Part shown: positions 52,922 through 64,000 of the stretch, piece by piece
Position numbering within the stretch: position 1 is the stretch's first letter
How the letters are laid out: each line of letters starts with the position of its first letter
DNA from: Camelus dromedarius
Lineage: Eukaryota
Assembly (NCBI RefSeq): GCF_036321535.1
Contig: NC_087437.1
Span: 62,622,001 to 62,686,000 of the forward strand
Length of the DNA: 64,000 bases
Reading direction: 5' to 3'
Made by a program: the position numbers and the translations under genes
Notes under the pieces: model-generated
Database searches by the model: none
What the model was told of the DNA's origin: nothing
Seen by the model: the letters and a program-made list of their open reading frames with translations, nothing else

Positions 52922-53889
52922 GTGATACTGGCGCTCACCTTACCCCACCAACTGTCTTGGACTGAGTTTCTCAGGTCCCTCAGTCGTTCGTCACTTTCAC
53001 CTATTTTTCTGCTTCTAATACCAATGTCCTCATCTTCATGTGCCTGCTTCAAAATTTCCTTTACTGTGGATTCAGTGAAGTCTCAGAAGGGAATGAAAAT
53101 GGATGCCTGCGTTCAACCTGTCGCCCTTATCTGGAGGCCTGGTACCACTACCTTTTCAGATCCTGTATAGGTAACCAGTCAGCATTCCCAAGGGATAACT
53201 TTTGGGCTTCTTTAAGATGGAAGGGGGCCTATAGTTTACTTCTGGTTAAATATGCCACACTCATGTGCTCTTTGCTTCTATAGATGGGTTATAGGAGTCA
53301 ACATATTTCTTTTTGGTTTTTATAGTACTTAATTTCTGGAGAGCTATTTTTAATGAGAGAGTCACACAGACCAAGCATTCTTGGTTTCGGTGTGGTGGGG
53401 AAAGCTGACTCACCTCTATGGCCCTGGCACAGATATCCTTCATGTATCTCATAAAGTATCTATATGTTTTATTTCCATTCTGCTAGCCATACAGCATTTT
53501 TAGAGGATCTTCTAAACATATGATGACTATAGTTGGGAGAGAGGAAAAGTGTCAGGCTGTTGGAGATGAAATTAAAAAAAATTGATTGCTTTGAACAGAT
53601 CAGAAAATTGATCTCCCCTTGAGAAACATCAAAACATCCCTCTCTTTAAGGTAAAACATGCCTTCGCCTATGGCAATCAACAGCAAATCCAGGCCTCAGG
53701 GAGAATTAACTGGTATATCAAGGGGATGGAACCAATGTCATTTAGAACCAGATGGGGATTTGACTTGCTTATTATTGGGGTCATATATAGCTTCACAAAC
53801 TTTAACATCATGGAGCAAACTAGATTTCAATTCCTAGAGCTTATTTTTAACAACAATTGCTATAACAAGAAACAACGTATGTTAGCAAT

Positions 53890-54100
53890 ACAAGCACAAG
53901 CTTAAAGTCTGGTAGCCCAGGGTTTGAATCCTGGTTCTACACCTACTAGTTGTGGGACCTGGAGAAAGTTACTTAACCTCCATGAGTTTCCTTTATGGGA
54001 CATCTACTCAAACACTACCTCAAGGTTTTGTAACGATTAGATTAAATAATTTTTGTATAATATCCGCAAAGCATCTGCAACATGATAGTACTCAATACAC
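53890..54100 (+). mobile_element. MIR SINE
   Basis: gggtttgaatcctggttctacacctactagttgtgggacctggagaaagttacttaacctc. Confidence 0.75.
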
Positions 54101-54649
54101 ATCACCATCACCACCACCACTTAAATTTCCACTGGCCTTTTTTTCTCTGTTTGGCTGCACAAAGAAGATAGGAAAGTAGAGCTAAAGTCAGCTTTTGATG
54201 AAAGGAGCTATAACAAAGGACAGTGAGTTACACTGTGACTCCTGCCTAAGAAACAGCAATAACAAGCATTTTGGCTCTCTCCACAACCTCTGTCACAGGC
54301 ACTTAGGGAATTTTTATTTTTCACTGAGAGACGTCAATCACCGATGGAGAAGATGCTAATGGCCAGTAGCTAGTGGCTGTTCTTATTTATGCATTACAGG
54401 AGGCTGGGCGACCTGCAAGGTCCACCCATGTTCTCTCACGTAGACCACCCGGAGACCAGCGCATCATGGGCACGAACCTCGTTTTGTTCCTTCTCAACAA
54501 CTATTTTGTGAGACAGGTGATAGATTTTTTTTCTATATTCTGTGAAAAGTTACATTTTTGTCCTTCTTATTTTTGAGGACATAGTTTTCTAATAGAGAGA
54601 GAGGAAGTGGGGGGTTGGAATAGAAATCCCCATAAACAATGTGATTGGC

Positions 54650-55080
54650 ACATGGACATATATAGAGACCTGTACTCAACAGTTAGTGATTACACATTCT
54701 TCCCAGGAACACATGGAACTTTTTAGGAAAGTTGACCATGTTTTACTCATAAAGCAAATCCCAAAAGAAATCAAGGAATCAGTATTATAATGAACAAGTT
54801 CTTCAACCACAATGTAGTTAAGTTAGAGATAATTTTTAAAAAGCTCATATATTTGGAAATTTAAAAACATTTCTATTACAATTGGATCAAAAAAAATCAT
54901 ACTTGAAGGAAAAATACTTAGAACTTAAGGATAATGAAAATGCCACATGTCAGAACTCAGGATGTAGCTAAAATTGTACTCTGAAGGAAAGGTTGAGCCT
55001 TAAATTCTTATGTTAAAAGTAGAAAGGCTGAGAGTTGACAAATAAAGGCTTCAACTTAAAAAGTTAAAAAAAAGAGACAT
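54650..55080 (+). mobile_element. Old L1 ORF2 endonuclease-region relic
   Basis: tacacattcttc...acacatggaac...gttgaccatg...gtagctaaa...gaaggaaa. Confidence 0.65.
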
Positions 55081-55222
55081 AGAAATACACAAAAATATTC
55101 TATTTTTTTCTTAATCTAGACAGAATGCACTTAGTGAAAGAAACAAAAAATAAGAAAAGCAAGTCATTATTCTGATGGGATGTTAAGTGTTCATGAATGA
55201 AAACAGAAAACTGGGTTATTAC

Positions 55223-55301
55223 CTTCCAATTTCATTCAGCTCAGTATAAGCAGAATCAAAATTTTCCTTCCAAGAAATGGTGGCGCCATCAGCAGCAGCA
55301 T
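55223..55301 (-). CDS. KALRN: Kalirin 79-nt exon linking FN3 to the kinase
   Basis: Acceptor tctcttccaaag, donor gtaata. Translates DAAADGATISWKENFDSAYTELNEIGR; phases join both neighbours and build the G-loop IGRGRFS. Not in the ORF track. Confidence 0.96.
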
Positions 55302-57698
55302 CTTTGGAAGAGAGAGAAGCCATTTACTCTACTGCGGAAGTCATGTAACAAAAAGGTTAACAGAAAAGCTCTGGCATCATCCCCAGAGCAATTCTTGTGA
55401 CTAAATATGGAGTCTAACTCAGTGGGAAAATGCCACGGTTCTCTGAAATGTTATTTTAAAAAACAGTATCCAAGGGGAAACGGACATGACGGAGTCAGAT
55501 TCCCTGTCCCATCTACATATACAAAGGGAAAAGTCCATGAGAGAGGTGACTCGGCAGGCTTACTGACCCTGGCTGATTAACGAGGGAAGGAAAGTGCCAG
55601 GCTGAGGAAAGGCAGGACACTTGTCTTATGCCACAGGTGGCTCCTTAATTCCAACGACATAGTCCTACAACAGGACAATTTATGTTCCACAACTGCTGCT
55701 TTAATCCCAAGGACATATCCCAGTATCTCTTTCTTCTCCTTCTCCCCCTGAAGTTTCAGTTTTAGGGCTGAGCTCCACGGGAGGAAAGAGCCCATAGTGG
55801 AAGATGACTAGCCCCACCAGAGGGAAGATCGCGATGGCAGAGTCTTCCTATCAGAGACCCCGTGGCCCTGGTGGGGAGGGGGTGTGGAGGGAGGCTGGAG
55901 ATGTCTCCACCGGCTGCCAGGCTGATGGCTCCCCACTGGAGCACTTTCTTTTCCTCTCTGAGCAATAAAAGCAGCTCATTTTTTTTTTTTTTTTAACTTT
56001 GTCCCTCTGCCTCTATTGAGAATTCTTTGTCCGTTGGTGGACAAGGACCCACACATCTGGGGGGAGGGGGGCTTACCCACCTGTTTGGTGGGCTTTCCAA
56101 CTAGGGGGTCCCTCTATCCATTAACATTCAGACAATCAGAAATGTAACTTCTGGATATTTTCAAATAGAAATTTAATAGAGAAAATTAAAAGGGAGGAAA
56201 AAAAGCACTTTGAAGGCCTAGAAAAGCCAGTGAGAAGCAGGGCTGCAGAGGCCGCGGCAGAGAGGAAAGGGGAAGAGTTACAAGGCCAAGGAGAAAAGGA
56301 AAGCTATGCGCTCAAAACATTCTAAGCACTGCTCTTTCCCACCGCTTTGTTCTCAGCATTAATGAGTTTATCCTGTATACTGAATGTTTAGCTTAATTCA
56401 AAATATACGCCTGAGCAGAATCTTTGGCAGCAGTACCTTGTCTGATGTGTTAATTTCCAGGCAATGATTTATACACATACACACACATGTGTGCATGCGC
56501 GTGCGTGCACACACACACTCGCGCGCACACACTACCTATCTGTGCTGTCTGCTGGGGACCAAGGCTCACAAGAAGCACAACGTGAGCAGTCGTCATCCCG
56601 GGTGGGACTTAGGCCGCGGCTTGGGAGCTGAACAGTCAAGCTGCAGTACGTCTCTCCTGACCCCAGTCACCTCAGGCTGCCCAGAGCATAGCCGGGCTGA
56701 GGTTGGACATGGCTTATCCATATTGAATTCTGAGGAACTAGAGAAGCAGGGCCAAGGTTTCCCAGGGAGTCACAGGCCCATAGGAGCAGAGCAGAGCTGA
56801 GCTGGGCTGGCTGTGGAGAGGGGCCTGGGTGCATTTCCGGAGTTAACTGCAAGGGCGGGGCTGCAGCCTGAGGCCCTAGAGAGGCTTGCACAGCTCCTCT
56901 GGAGACTCCGGGCTCCCCTAAGCCGAGACAGGTTCATTGTCTTTTAAGTACAGTGACCCCCTCTCCCTGTCCCCACATACACCGTCTACTGTCTGGCCCC
57001 GCCCAAAACCTCAATACTTGGAGATTTCTTTAGGTTAACATGTTTCCTCTTACAAAATGTCCCTGGGACCAAGGTGGCTTGATGAGATAGTGAATAGGGG
57101 AGCAAAATGAGGACCACATTTGTAAAATACTCATGGGTAGCTAGTTAAATGGATATCTTAGTTAATTATTCAACACAGCTACATAAAAATGTGGTTAAAA
57201 AAAAAAAGAAGACTTTCTGGGAGGGTTAGGGGTGGAGAAACTATCAAATACTCATTTTGATTCAAATCTTTCCACCAGGTTGCTTTCCTCTCCCCATTTT
57301 AAATTGCTGAGTGGGGCTGCCCATAATGCTATAAAATACAAATAGGCCTGGTAGTGTTCCCAGGGAAGAGGAGGCTTGGTGTTCCTGTCTCAGAAGAGGG
57401 CTAGACAGCATCCATGTCACTCAAGGATGCTTAGGAACACAGGTGACACATAGGTGCCCGGGAACCTGGCAGGCCCAGGGGTGACGTGGGTGGCAGATAG
57501 AACTTTTGCTCCAAGACACTTGAAATCATACTTTTTGGAAACCTTCCTTGTCAGGCCTCTGAAATGCTACTTGACAGAAGCCGACAAGCAAATCCAGGTC
57601 GCCTCTAGCCCTGTGGCCTGACATGCCAGTGGGTCCGTGACAGTAGGTCAGGTGTCTTGTCTCCACCACCTGGGGTGCCGGGCACAGATGGGACTCAC

Positions 57699-57863
57699 CA
57701 TATTCTGGAAGTCGCACGAACTCCGAGGGCTCACTGGGAAGGCTGATGCCCCAGGGGTTACTGGCACTGACTCTGAACTGATAAGGACTCCCAGGACTGA
57801 GGTCTTCGATGACAAGGTATGTGTCCAAGGTCGATGCTACCGACTGCTGCCAGGCCTGGGAAC
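57699..57863 (-). CDS. KALRN: Kalirin FN3 exon 2
   Basis: GSQAWQQSVASTLDTYLVIEDLSPGSPYQFRVSASNPWGISLPSEPSEFVRLPEY; 165 nt, donor gtgagt. Confidence 0.97.
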
Positions 57864-58289
57864 CTAGGGTGCAGATTTTCGAGGAGAGGGAAAGAAAAGG
57901 CCAGGGGGACATTGTTTCAAAGACCTTCAGCAAACAAAGAAAGGAAAATTGACATATCCCGTTCAAGGGACAGTTGTGGTCACTGCTTCGGGCCTTGAAA
58001 GCCTGCGGGTTTCCATTTCCTAAAAGACCGAATACATATGAAGCTGTGAAAGCAGCAGGCCTGTAGCGTCTGCTCATTTTCGAATGTGCACCCGAGAGAG
58101 AGAAAAGACACAGAGCACGCAGAATGGACAGACATGTGGCAAATGTGTAACGAGGCCAAGAAAATACATTGTGAATGAATAACAAAATGGGAGGAAATAT
58201 GCATTTGGAAATAGAAACAGAAGGGAAATGAACACTCACTGAGCACCGCGTACATGTAAAATACTGCGGAGGAGTCCTGTAATTCTCTC

Positions 58290-58400
58290 ACGTAACCTTC
58301 TCACTTAAATCCACAGAACTCCTGGGAGGTCGGGAGCATTGGTCTCACTTTACAGAAGAAGAAACTGAGGCTCAGAAAAGGTTAAATACTTTTTCCCAAG
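58290..58400 (-). mobile_element. MIR SINE
   Basis: cactttacagaagaagaaactgaggctcagaaaaggttaaatactttt. Confidence 0.7.
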
Positions 58401-58624
58401 AGATCTCAGTTTATAAGATGAACTATGACCTGAATAAAGCCACGGCAAATACAGTTTCAGCTCTGCGTTGATAGCTTTGTGCTGAGTTGGGAGACACCGT
58501 GAACAGCTAACGAAAGAGGCAAACATAAATAGCTTTTTAACTGCACAGGGCCTGTTTAATAGAAAAAAGAAGGGTTAGAATAAGAAGAGTAATGGAGAGT
58601 GGTGTGAAATAAAGGCTTCCAGTT

Positions 58625-59108
58625 TGTGAGTGAAAAATTCCGCCAACAGTATCAGTAAACAAAGAATGCTGAAGCCGTCAAGTCATCAGCCGCTGCACCA
58701 CCCCCCACAGTGAAGACGAGTCTGCAGCCCGGCCTCTGCAGCCTCAGGGGACTCAGAATAAGAAAGGACAGGATACTGGCCCTAGACAGCTAGTTGGTTG
58801 TCAAAAGAATGAATTCAATGAGCCCAAATGTTTGCTCCCTCCCATACATAGAAAAGCGCTAAATTCTTTAACTTGAGATGCCCGGTTTTCTTTTAGTTAA
58901 CAAGTAATCTTTTAACATTCCGACTACCTGGCCTTTGTTGTAAAAAAACTCCTGTATATCCCGGCTCCTCCCCTACATCTTCGGAGCAGTCCCTCAGAGG
59001 ATCTGGGAGGCTGTCACCCCAGGCTTGAAGGGGTACGAGTCCTCAGAAATGTCCACTAAATAAAACATAACTCTCAACTTTTAGGCTGTGCGTTTATCGC
59101 AGTCAACA
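58625..59108 (+). mobile_element. Solo LTR (ERV1-like), antisense in a KALRN intron
   Basis: TG...CA ends, near TSD agtt/ggtt, TATA-like tgtatatc at ~58953, AATAAA at 59059-59064. Confidence 0.7.
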
Positions 59109-59766
59109 GGTTCCAGGTGAAAGCAGTTGCTTTCAATTCAGTGTGAGTTATTATGTGGTTCAGAGATGTATTATTAACAATTCCTGGCGGCATCTCATTT
59201 TAACTCATTCTTCCTGCTAATAGGTTTCAGGCTCAGCTATTTCTAACCACTAAGGAGCTGTATGCACTCAGCATGTAAGTGTAACACATTTAAAAGTTGA
59301 ATAATTTTAGATAGAGATCTCTGATCTCTGAATTTTGTCTGGGGGTCGGGGGTGGTGTAGAGCTCTGCTTTTCCCACCCCAGTTACTACTCTAGGAGAAA
59401 GATCACAGGTTAGCAAACTAGAGACCGGGCCGCTCACGCCAGCTCTGCATCTTATGAACCCCAGCCTTATGTTTCTTAACTTTCTTTAAGCCTTAGCCTC
59501 CTCACCTATAAAACAGACCTGACTGGCCCTGTCTGGGTGATTGGGCTTGGAAGTAGGGAAATGCATGTGAAGGTACTTTGAAACCTGCCCGGAGTCATTA
59601 TCATTTTGGTATTTGAGATCAAAGCCGCCTGTCCTTTGGCACTGAGGCCTTTGTGCTGAGTTGGAAGGCACAAGAAGGAACAGCTGATCAAATAGTTTCA
59701 TGACCCTGAAGGACCTCCTTACGAGGAAACGAAGCTAGACAGAGGAGGGCAGGGGAGATGGCTTAC

Positions 59767-59898
59767 CTTCCTCTCTGTACTCCACGGTGTAACCAGAAAT
59801 CGTGCAGTTTCCCGTGCTGGATGGGGGCAGCCAGCGGAGAATCACGGAGGTGCAGCTTCTCTCCTGGGCAATGGGGCGGTTAGGGGCCGCTGGAACAC
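59767..59898 (-). CDS. KALRN: Kalirin FN3 exon 1
   Basis: GVPAAPNRPIAQERSCTSVILRWLPPSSTGNCTISGYTVEYREE; 132 nt, GT-AG. Confidence 0.97.
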
Positions 59899-60134
59899 CT
59901 ACCAGGACAGAAACTAGGGTCAAATGCTGTTTCTGCAGAACTTGGCATCTTACACCAAGGCTGGAAGTTCCCTAGGGAATGTTACCTAACCCAGGTCTCA
60001 AATGTTTCCTATGACCTTCTCCACCCAGTGGCACACCTTTCTCTTGGCCCTTGGGAGACCTGGGAGATACACCTTGCTGTCTGAAGTTCTTCCTCGGGCT
60101 AATTACTGCACACTGGCGAGACAGTTTGGTCAGA

Positions 60135-60325
60135 GGACTATGAGGAATGGAGAGTCGTTGTTTAATGGGTGCAGAGCTGCAGTTTTGCAAGACGAAAAGT
60201 ACTGGAGACTGGCTGCAAAACCATGCAAATACACTTAACAGTACTGAACTGGACACTTGAAGCTGGTTAAGATGATAAATTTTGTTATGTGTATTTTATC
60301 ACAAATTAAAACAATATTAAAAACA
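60135..60325 (+). mobile_element. L1MB/L1MA-like 3' end
   Basis: ttgtttaatgggtgcagagctgcagttttgcaagacgaaaag...ggttaagatgataaattttgttatgtgtattttatcacaa. Confidence 0.75.
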
Positions 60326-60360
60326 GAATAAAAATATTCAACTAATAAAAGAGACTGTAC

Positions 60361-60482
60361 CTTGCACTTTAAGGGTAGCAGACGTTGATGCGGTGCCGTG
60401 GTCATTGGCTGCTATGCAGGTATAAATCCCGCTGTCTTGGGGCATCAGATTGCAGATCTTCAGGGTGATTTCCCCGGAATCA
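60361..60482 (-). CDS. KALRN: Kalirin Ig-domain exon 2
   Basis: CDSGEITLKICNLMPQDSGIYTCIAANDHGTASTSATLKVQ with the DxGxYxC motif; 122 nt. Not in the ORF track. Confidence 0.97.
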
Positions 60483-60764
60483 CTAGGGACACCAAAAGGA
60501 TGCCCTTTAAAGTCCAGTCATGAGACAGCTGATAGTAAAGGAATGGTGCATGGAGTGCTGAGCTGAATCATTTGGCCCAAGGTCTAATCTCTGTTCTGTT
60601 CCCTTCTTACACACCTTGGGTGATCACACTACTTGTCTATCTCCCCAATGCCAATAGAGGAAGAAAATTCTTGCATGTCCATATCTCAAGCTGGTTGTAA
60701 ATGAGGGATGGTAAAGGAGTAAGTGAGATAAGAATTAGAACATGAAATATGTAAAGTCCTATTC

Positions 60765-60960
60765 AAGTACTGGTCCCCAATATTACCGGTAATAAGCCAC
60801 CTAGCCACTTTGTCCGAAAATATCTTCAGTCTCACGATCAATACTGAATGGTATAAGAAAATTGAAAGACTGAAAAAATGAAAAGATTCAAGTACTTCAC
60901 ATTCTCCATGTGGGACCCTCAAAATAATTAAGTGAATTAAGTAAAGGCAAATTTTTCTAC
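60765..60960. mobile_element. MER3/MER33-like hAT relic
   Basis: ggtccccaatatt...agccacctagccacttt segment. Confidence 0.35.
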
Positions 60961-61655
60961 TAAATAACTTTCCCAGTGGTCCCAGCCAGGGGTCCAGGAC
61001 ATCACAAGGGAAGAACTGCTCTGAAAGGGTTAAATGCAGAAGTCACAGTCAGCCCACTTGCTCCCTACTGGTTGTGACATAACCTAGTGATCTTCCTGAT
61101 CCTCACCAGGCGCTGACACTCCCACCAAGCTCCCTGGGTCCACTGACATTTTAGCACCTGGCCAGGGAGTCTCTGCTGGGAACACCATCTCACAGGCACA
61201 TACATTAGGTTAAAGGATGAAGTGTCTTGATCCTAGGTGTTCCTTTCATAAATGTTTCTTAAGTATCTAGGGCTTGTTACTGCATTTCCACTGGAAGTGG
61301 TACCATGCAATAAAGCTCTCAATTAGTGGCAATAAATATTAACAGAATAATTAGAAGGCAGTCAGCTAAGTTTTGTTAAAGTCTTTGCATAGAAGCACGC
61401 TTGTGCCTGGATGCACACTTTGGAGTCAGTCATTTTTTATTCTTCTAAGAAGATTGTTCTTAAGCTAACAGGGGAATTGAGCATACCATCATTTCACGAG
61501 ATCCCGAGGGGTACAAATGGTTTGTGTTAGAATAGACTCTGGGGCAGCTATTCTCTTGAGAGACTGAGTAACCAGAGTAGGAGCTGCATCCCAGACTCAG
61601 CCTCCAGGTACCGTGCTGAGGTGCTGGGGCTGCTGACGTGGGGCCGTCGGCTTAC

Positions 61656-61827
61656 CAGGAGGAGACGGTGTATGTAGCTGAGCTGTTGTCAGTGTCAAGG
61701 ATATTCTGATCTGGACCCTTCCAGGTGATGGTGGGCTTCGGGCGGCCACAGACTTTGCACTGCAGTGTCACTGTGTCCCCAAGCAAGCAGGTCACATCCA
61801 CTAAGGGCACAAGGAATTCTGGGGCCA
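61656..61827 (-). CDS. KALRN: Kalirin Ig-domain exon 1; the gene continues beyond the window
   Basis: VAPEFLVPLVDVTCLLGDTVTLQCKVCGRPKPTITWKGPDQNILDTDNSSATYTVSS; 172 nt, acceptor ccacag, donor gtaagc. Confidence 0.97.
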
Positions 61828-63279
61828 CTGTGGTCAAATAGACATAAATTTGCATCATTCAGAACAAACTTAGAATAAAACAGTTATTTTATAACACAAC
61901 CCTCCCATTTCCCACCTGTGTTGTGGAACAATTCACATAAACTTGAGCTTAACAGTGTAGTCATCTGTGTCCCGTGAAAAAGTATTTTTAAAGTAATAAA
62001 TGTTTATTTTAGAAAAATTAGGAAATACAGATTTAAAAAGAGGGGGAAAGGCTCCATGATGCCATCGTGCAGCAGTTACCGTGAAGAGTCTGGAATATAT
62101 CCTTTCAGACTTCATAGAAACACATTTTTTCTTACAAAAAGTGGATCCCACTGTGTATAATGCAAGTTGTGGTCTTTTTCACCCTAACAGTTTATTGTAA
62201 ACACTTTTCTCGTCCATAAATACAGAAGTACATCATCGTTGTTTAAAGGCGCTACCTCAGGGCTGGATTTGCCATAATTTATTTAGCCAATCTCTGTATT
62301 CTCAATTCTATCATTTTTAACTCACCTTCTTGGATGAAATTTGGATTTAAGATCTGAAAAACACAAAGAAACAGAAAATTGCTTAAAGCCTAAACTACTA
62401 CAAGAGAACAAGAGGCATACCCTATTGAGTAAAAAAAGCACAATTTGGGGAGAGAAGCCTGGAGCCCAGGCTCTGTCGTTTGAGATTGTATCACTATTGC
62501 AGTAACAAGGGCACCTGGTTTACTTTCTTGTCTGCTAACTATTCACATTGAACTCTGGGCAGCCGAGGTCCCAGGCAGGTTTACTGTGTCTTTCTGGCCT
62601 CCATCACCTCACCTGCTCTTCCTCCCTACCACAGGCACAAAAACCCATTCCCCACCATCCCCTCCCCGCCCCCTGTGCCCCACCTCAATATGCCCTCAAA
62701 AACCTTGAGGGCATTGATTCTTCCCAGCATCAGGAATTTTCAAAACAGAGGAACTGGCATCTATCAAACTGGAAGGGTCGTGGACATGAACAAACCCAGG
62801 GGTTTCGTTTCAGAGCTTGTCTGGTTGAAGGGGAAAGAGAGAAGTGTCCCACCTGACCCACCCCGGTCCATCTGGTCCCTAGCACTCCTCCCATTGCCCA
62901 GGCCTCCAGAAGGCAACTTAAAAACCACTGCCCTGATGGTTCTGGCCCTATTGGCCACATGGGTGAAACGACGGAGACTTGGGCCAACCGTGTGACTTGT
63001 CTGGTCATGTGACTGGTTGGCGGGGACCGCGGGAGCTCTTTGCACACACAGAGCTGCCTGCCTTGGGATACCACGGATCTTCCAGGCGACAACCCGTTAC
63101 CTCTTCTTGAGAGGATGGTCACCTTGATTTTCTTCCCATTTTGGCCTGACCTCTAATTCTACAGTCTGGGTCGTAAATCTGAGCGGGGTGAACAAAACCT
63201 GGGCTCAGGAGGAGGAGAGGCTGGGGCTTATTATCTCTTTTGTTCAATGTGGTTTTCTCCTAATTAGTTAAAAACTACT

Positions 63280-63410
63280 ATCGGCATTCTCCTTCACGAT
63301 AAAATGGGGATAAATAATCCCTAGTGCAAAGTGTTATCACAAAGATTAAATGCAATAATGTATGTTAAACAGTGCTTGGCAAAGAATGAGTCTTCCACGA
63401 CTAGTTAAAT
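63280..63410 (+). mobile_element. MIR SINE
   Basis: taaaatggggataaataat...gattaaatgcaataatgtatgt...agtgcttggca. Confidence 0.65.
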
Positions 63411-63835
63411 AAAGATGACCTACTTCTAATCTCCCTTTTGCTAAGAGGCCCACTGTGGCAGTGGTTTATCTCAATAGTTTATCTTGCAAAAGCCTTCTTT
63501 TCTTCATAATGAAGCCAGAAGGTCTCCTTGTGCCTTCCCTGTTGGGGCACTCACGTTTCTCTCTGATTTACCCATGCAAACTTGGTTTCTGTGTGGGTTT
63601 TCCCTTCTACAGGCAACCATATGAGCACTTTGGAAAAAAGATATTATTTCTTCTTTTGAGTTCCCCTCTGCAAACCGACCGCCCACATCTACCACCAAGG
63701 TTTTTCACAGAGCGAATTGCAGAAAACTCTTGCAACGCCAAGTCCTGGGGCTGAGTGTCTCAAGACTGACCACCGCAGAGCCCTCTGCTAGTTTCAAAAG
63801 GTCACTCACACCTCTGCCCCCGCTTACTTTTAAAT

Positions 63836-64000
63836 CAGTGGTTCTCAATCCTTGACCCAGGTGGCTTAAAAAACACAGTAACAAGCCAATGCCTGGGCCT
63901 CATGCCTAGAAATTGTTTTAATTGGTGTGAAGTGAGGTTGAAATCAGGAAGTTTGAAAGCCGCCTCAGGTGAATCAACACACAGCCTAGTTTGAGGAAAG
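63836..64000. mobile_element. MER5-like hAT element
   Basis: cagtggttctcaatcctt...atgcctgggcc...taattggt...caggtga...agtttgag. Confidence 0.7.

Noticed and set aside
57526..58239. 237-aa ORF as a standalone gene
   Set aside because: Only 57699-57863 is a KALRN exon; the rest is intron that happens to stay open.

Overview
Mammalian genomic DNA, probably camelid (inferred from four copies of a tRNA-derived SINE resembling camelid Vic-1), covering the ITGB5-UMPS-KALRN block. The + strand carries the last two coding exons and 3'UTR of integrin beta-5 (651-1505). The - strand carries the complete six-exon UMP synthase gene (37036-12412; 1443 nt, 480 aa, all GT-AG, frame intact) with a CpG-island promoter. 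Also on the - strand are the last eight coding exons of kalirin (Ig, FN3 and kinase domains; 61827-45205) with a 3'UTR of up to ~6 kb ending close to the UMPS promoter. Much of the rest is transposon-derived: ~12 kb of stacked L1 sequence in UMPS intron 1, an internally deleted L1 in intron 5, two solo LTRs, MIR/L2/MER relics and SINEs. I found no convincing new biological system. The most unusual structure is a TSD-bracketed 3.1-kb chimeric insertion (25574-28653) that looks like one retrocopy of an L1-initiated read-through transcript. Repeat family names and cross-species comparisons are from recall, not database searches, and repeat boundaries are approximate.
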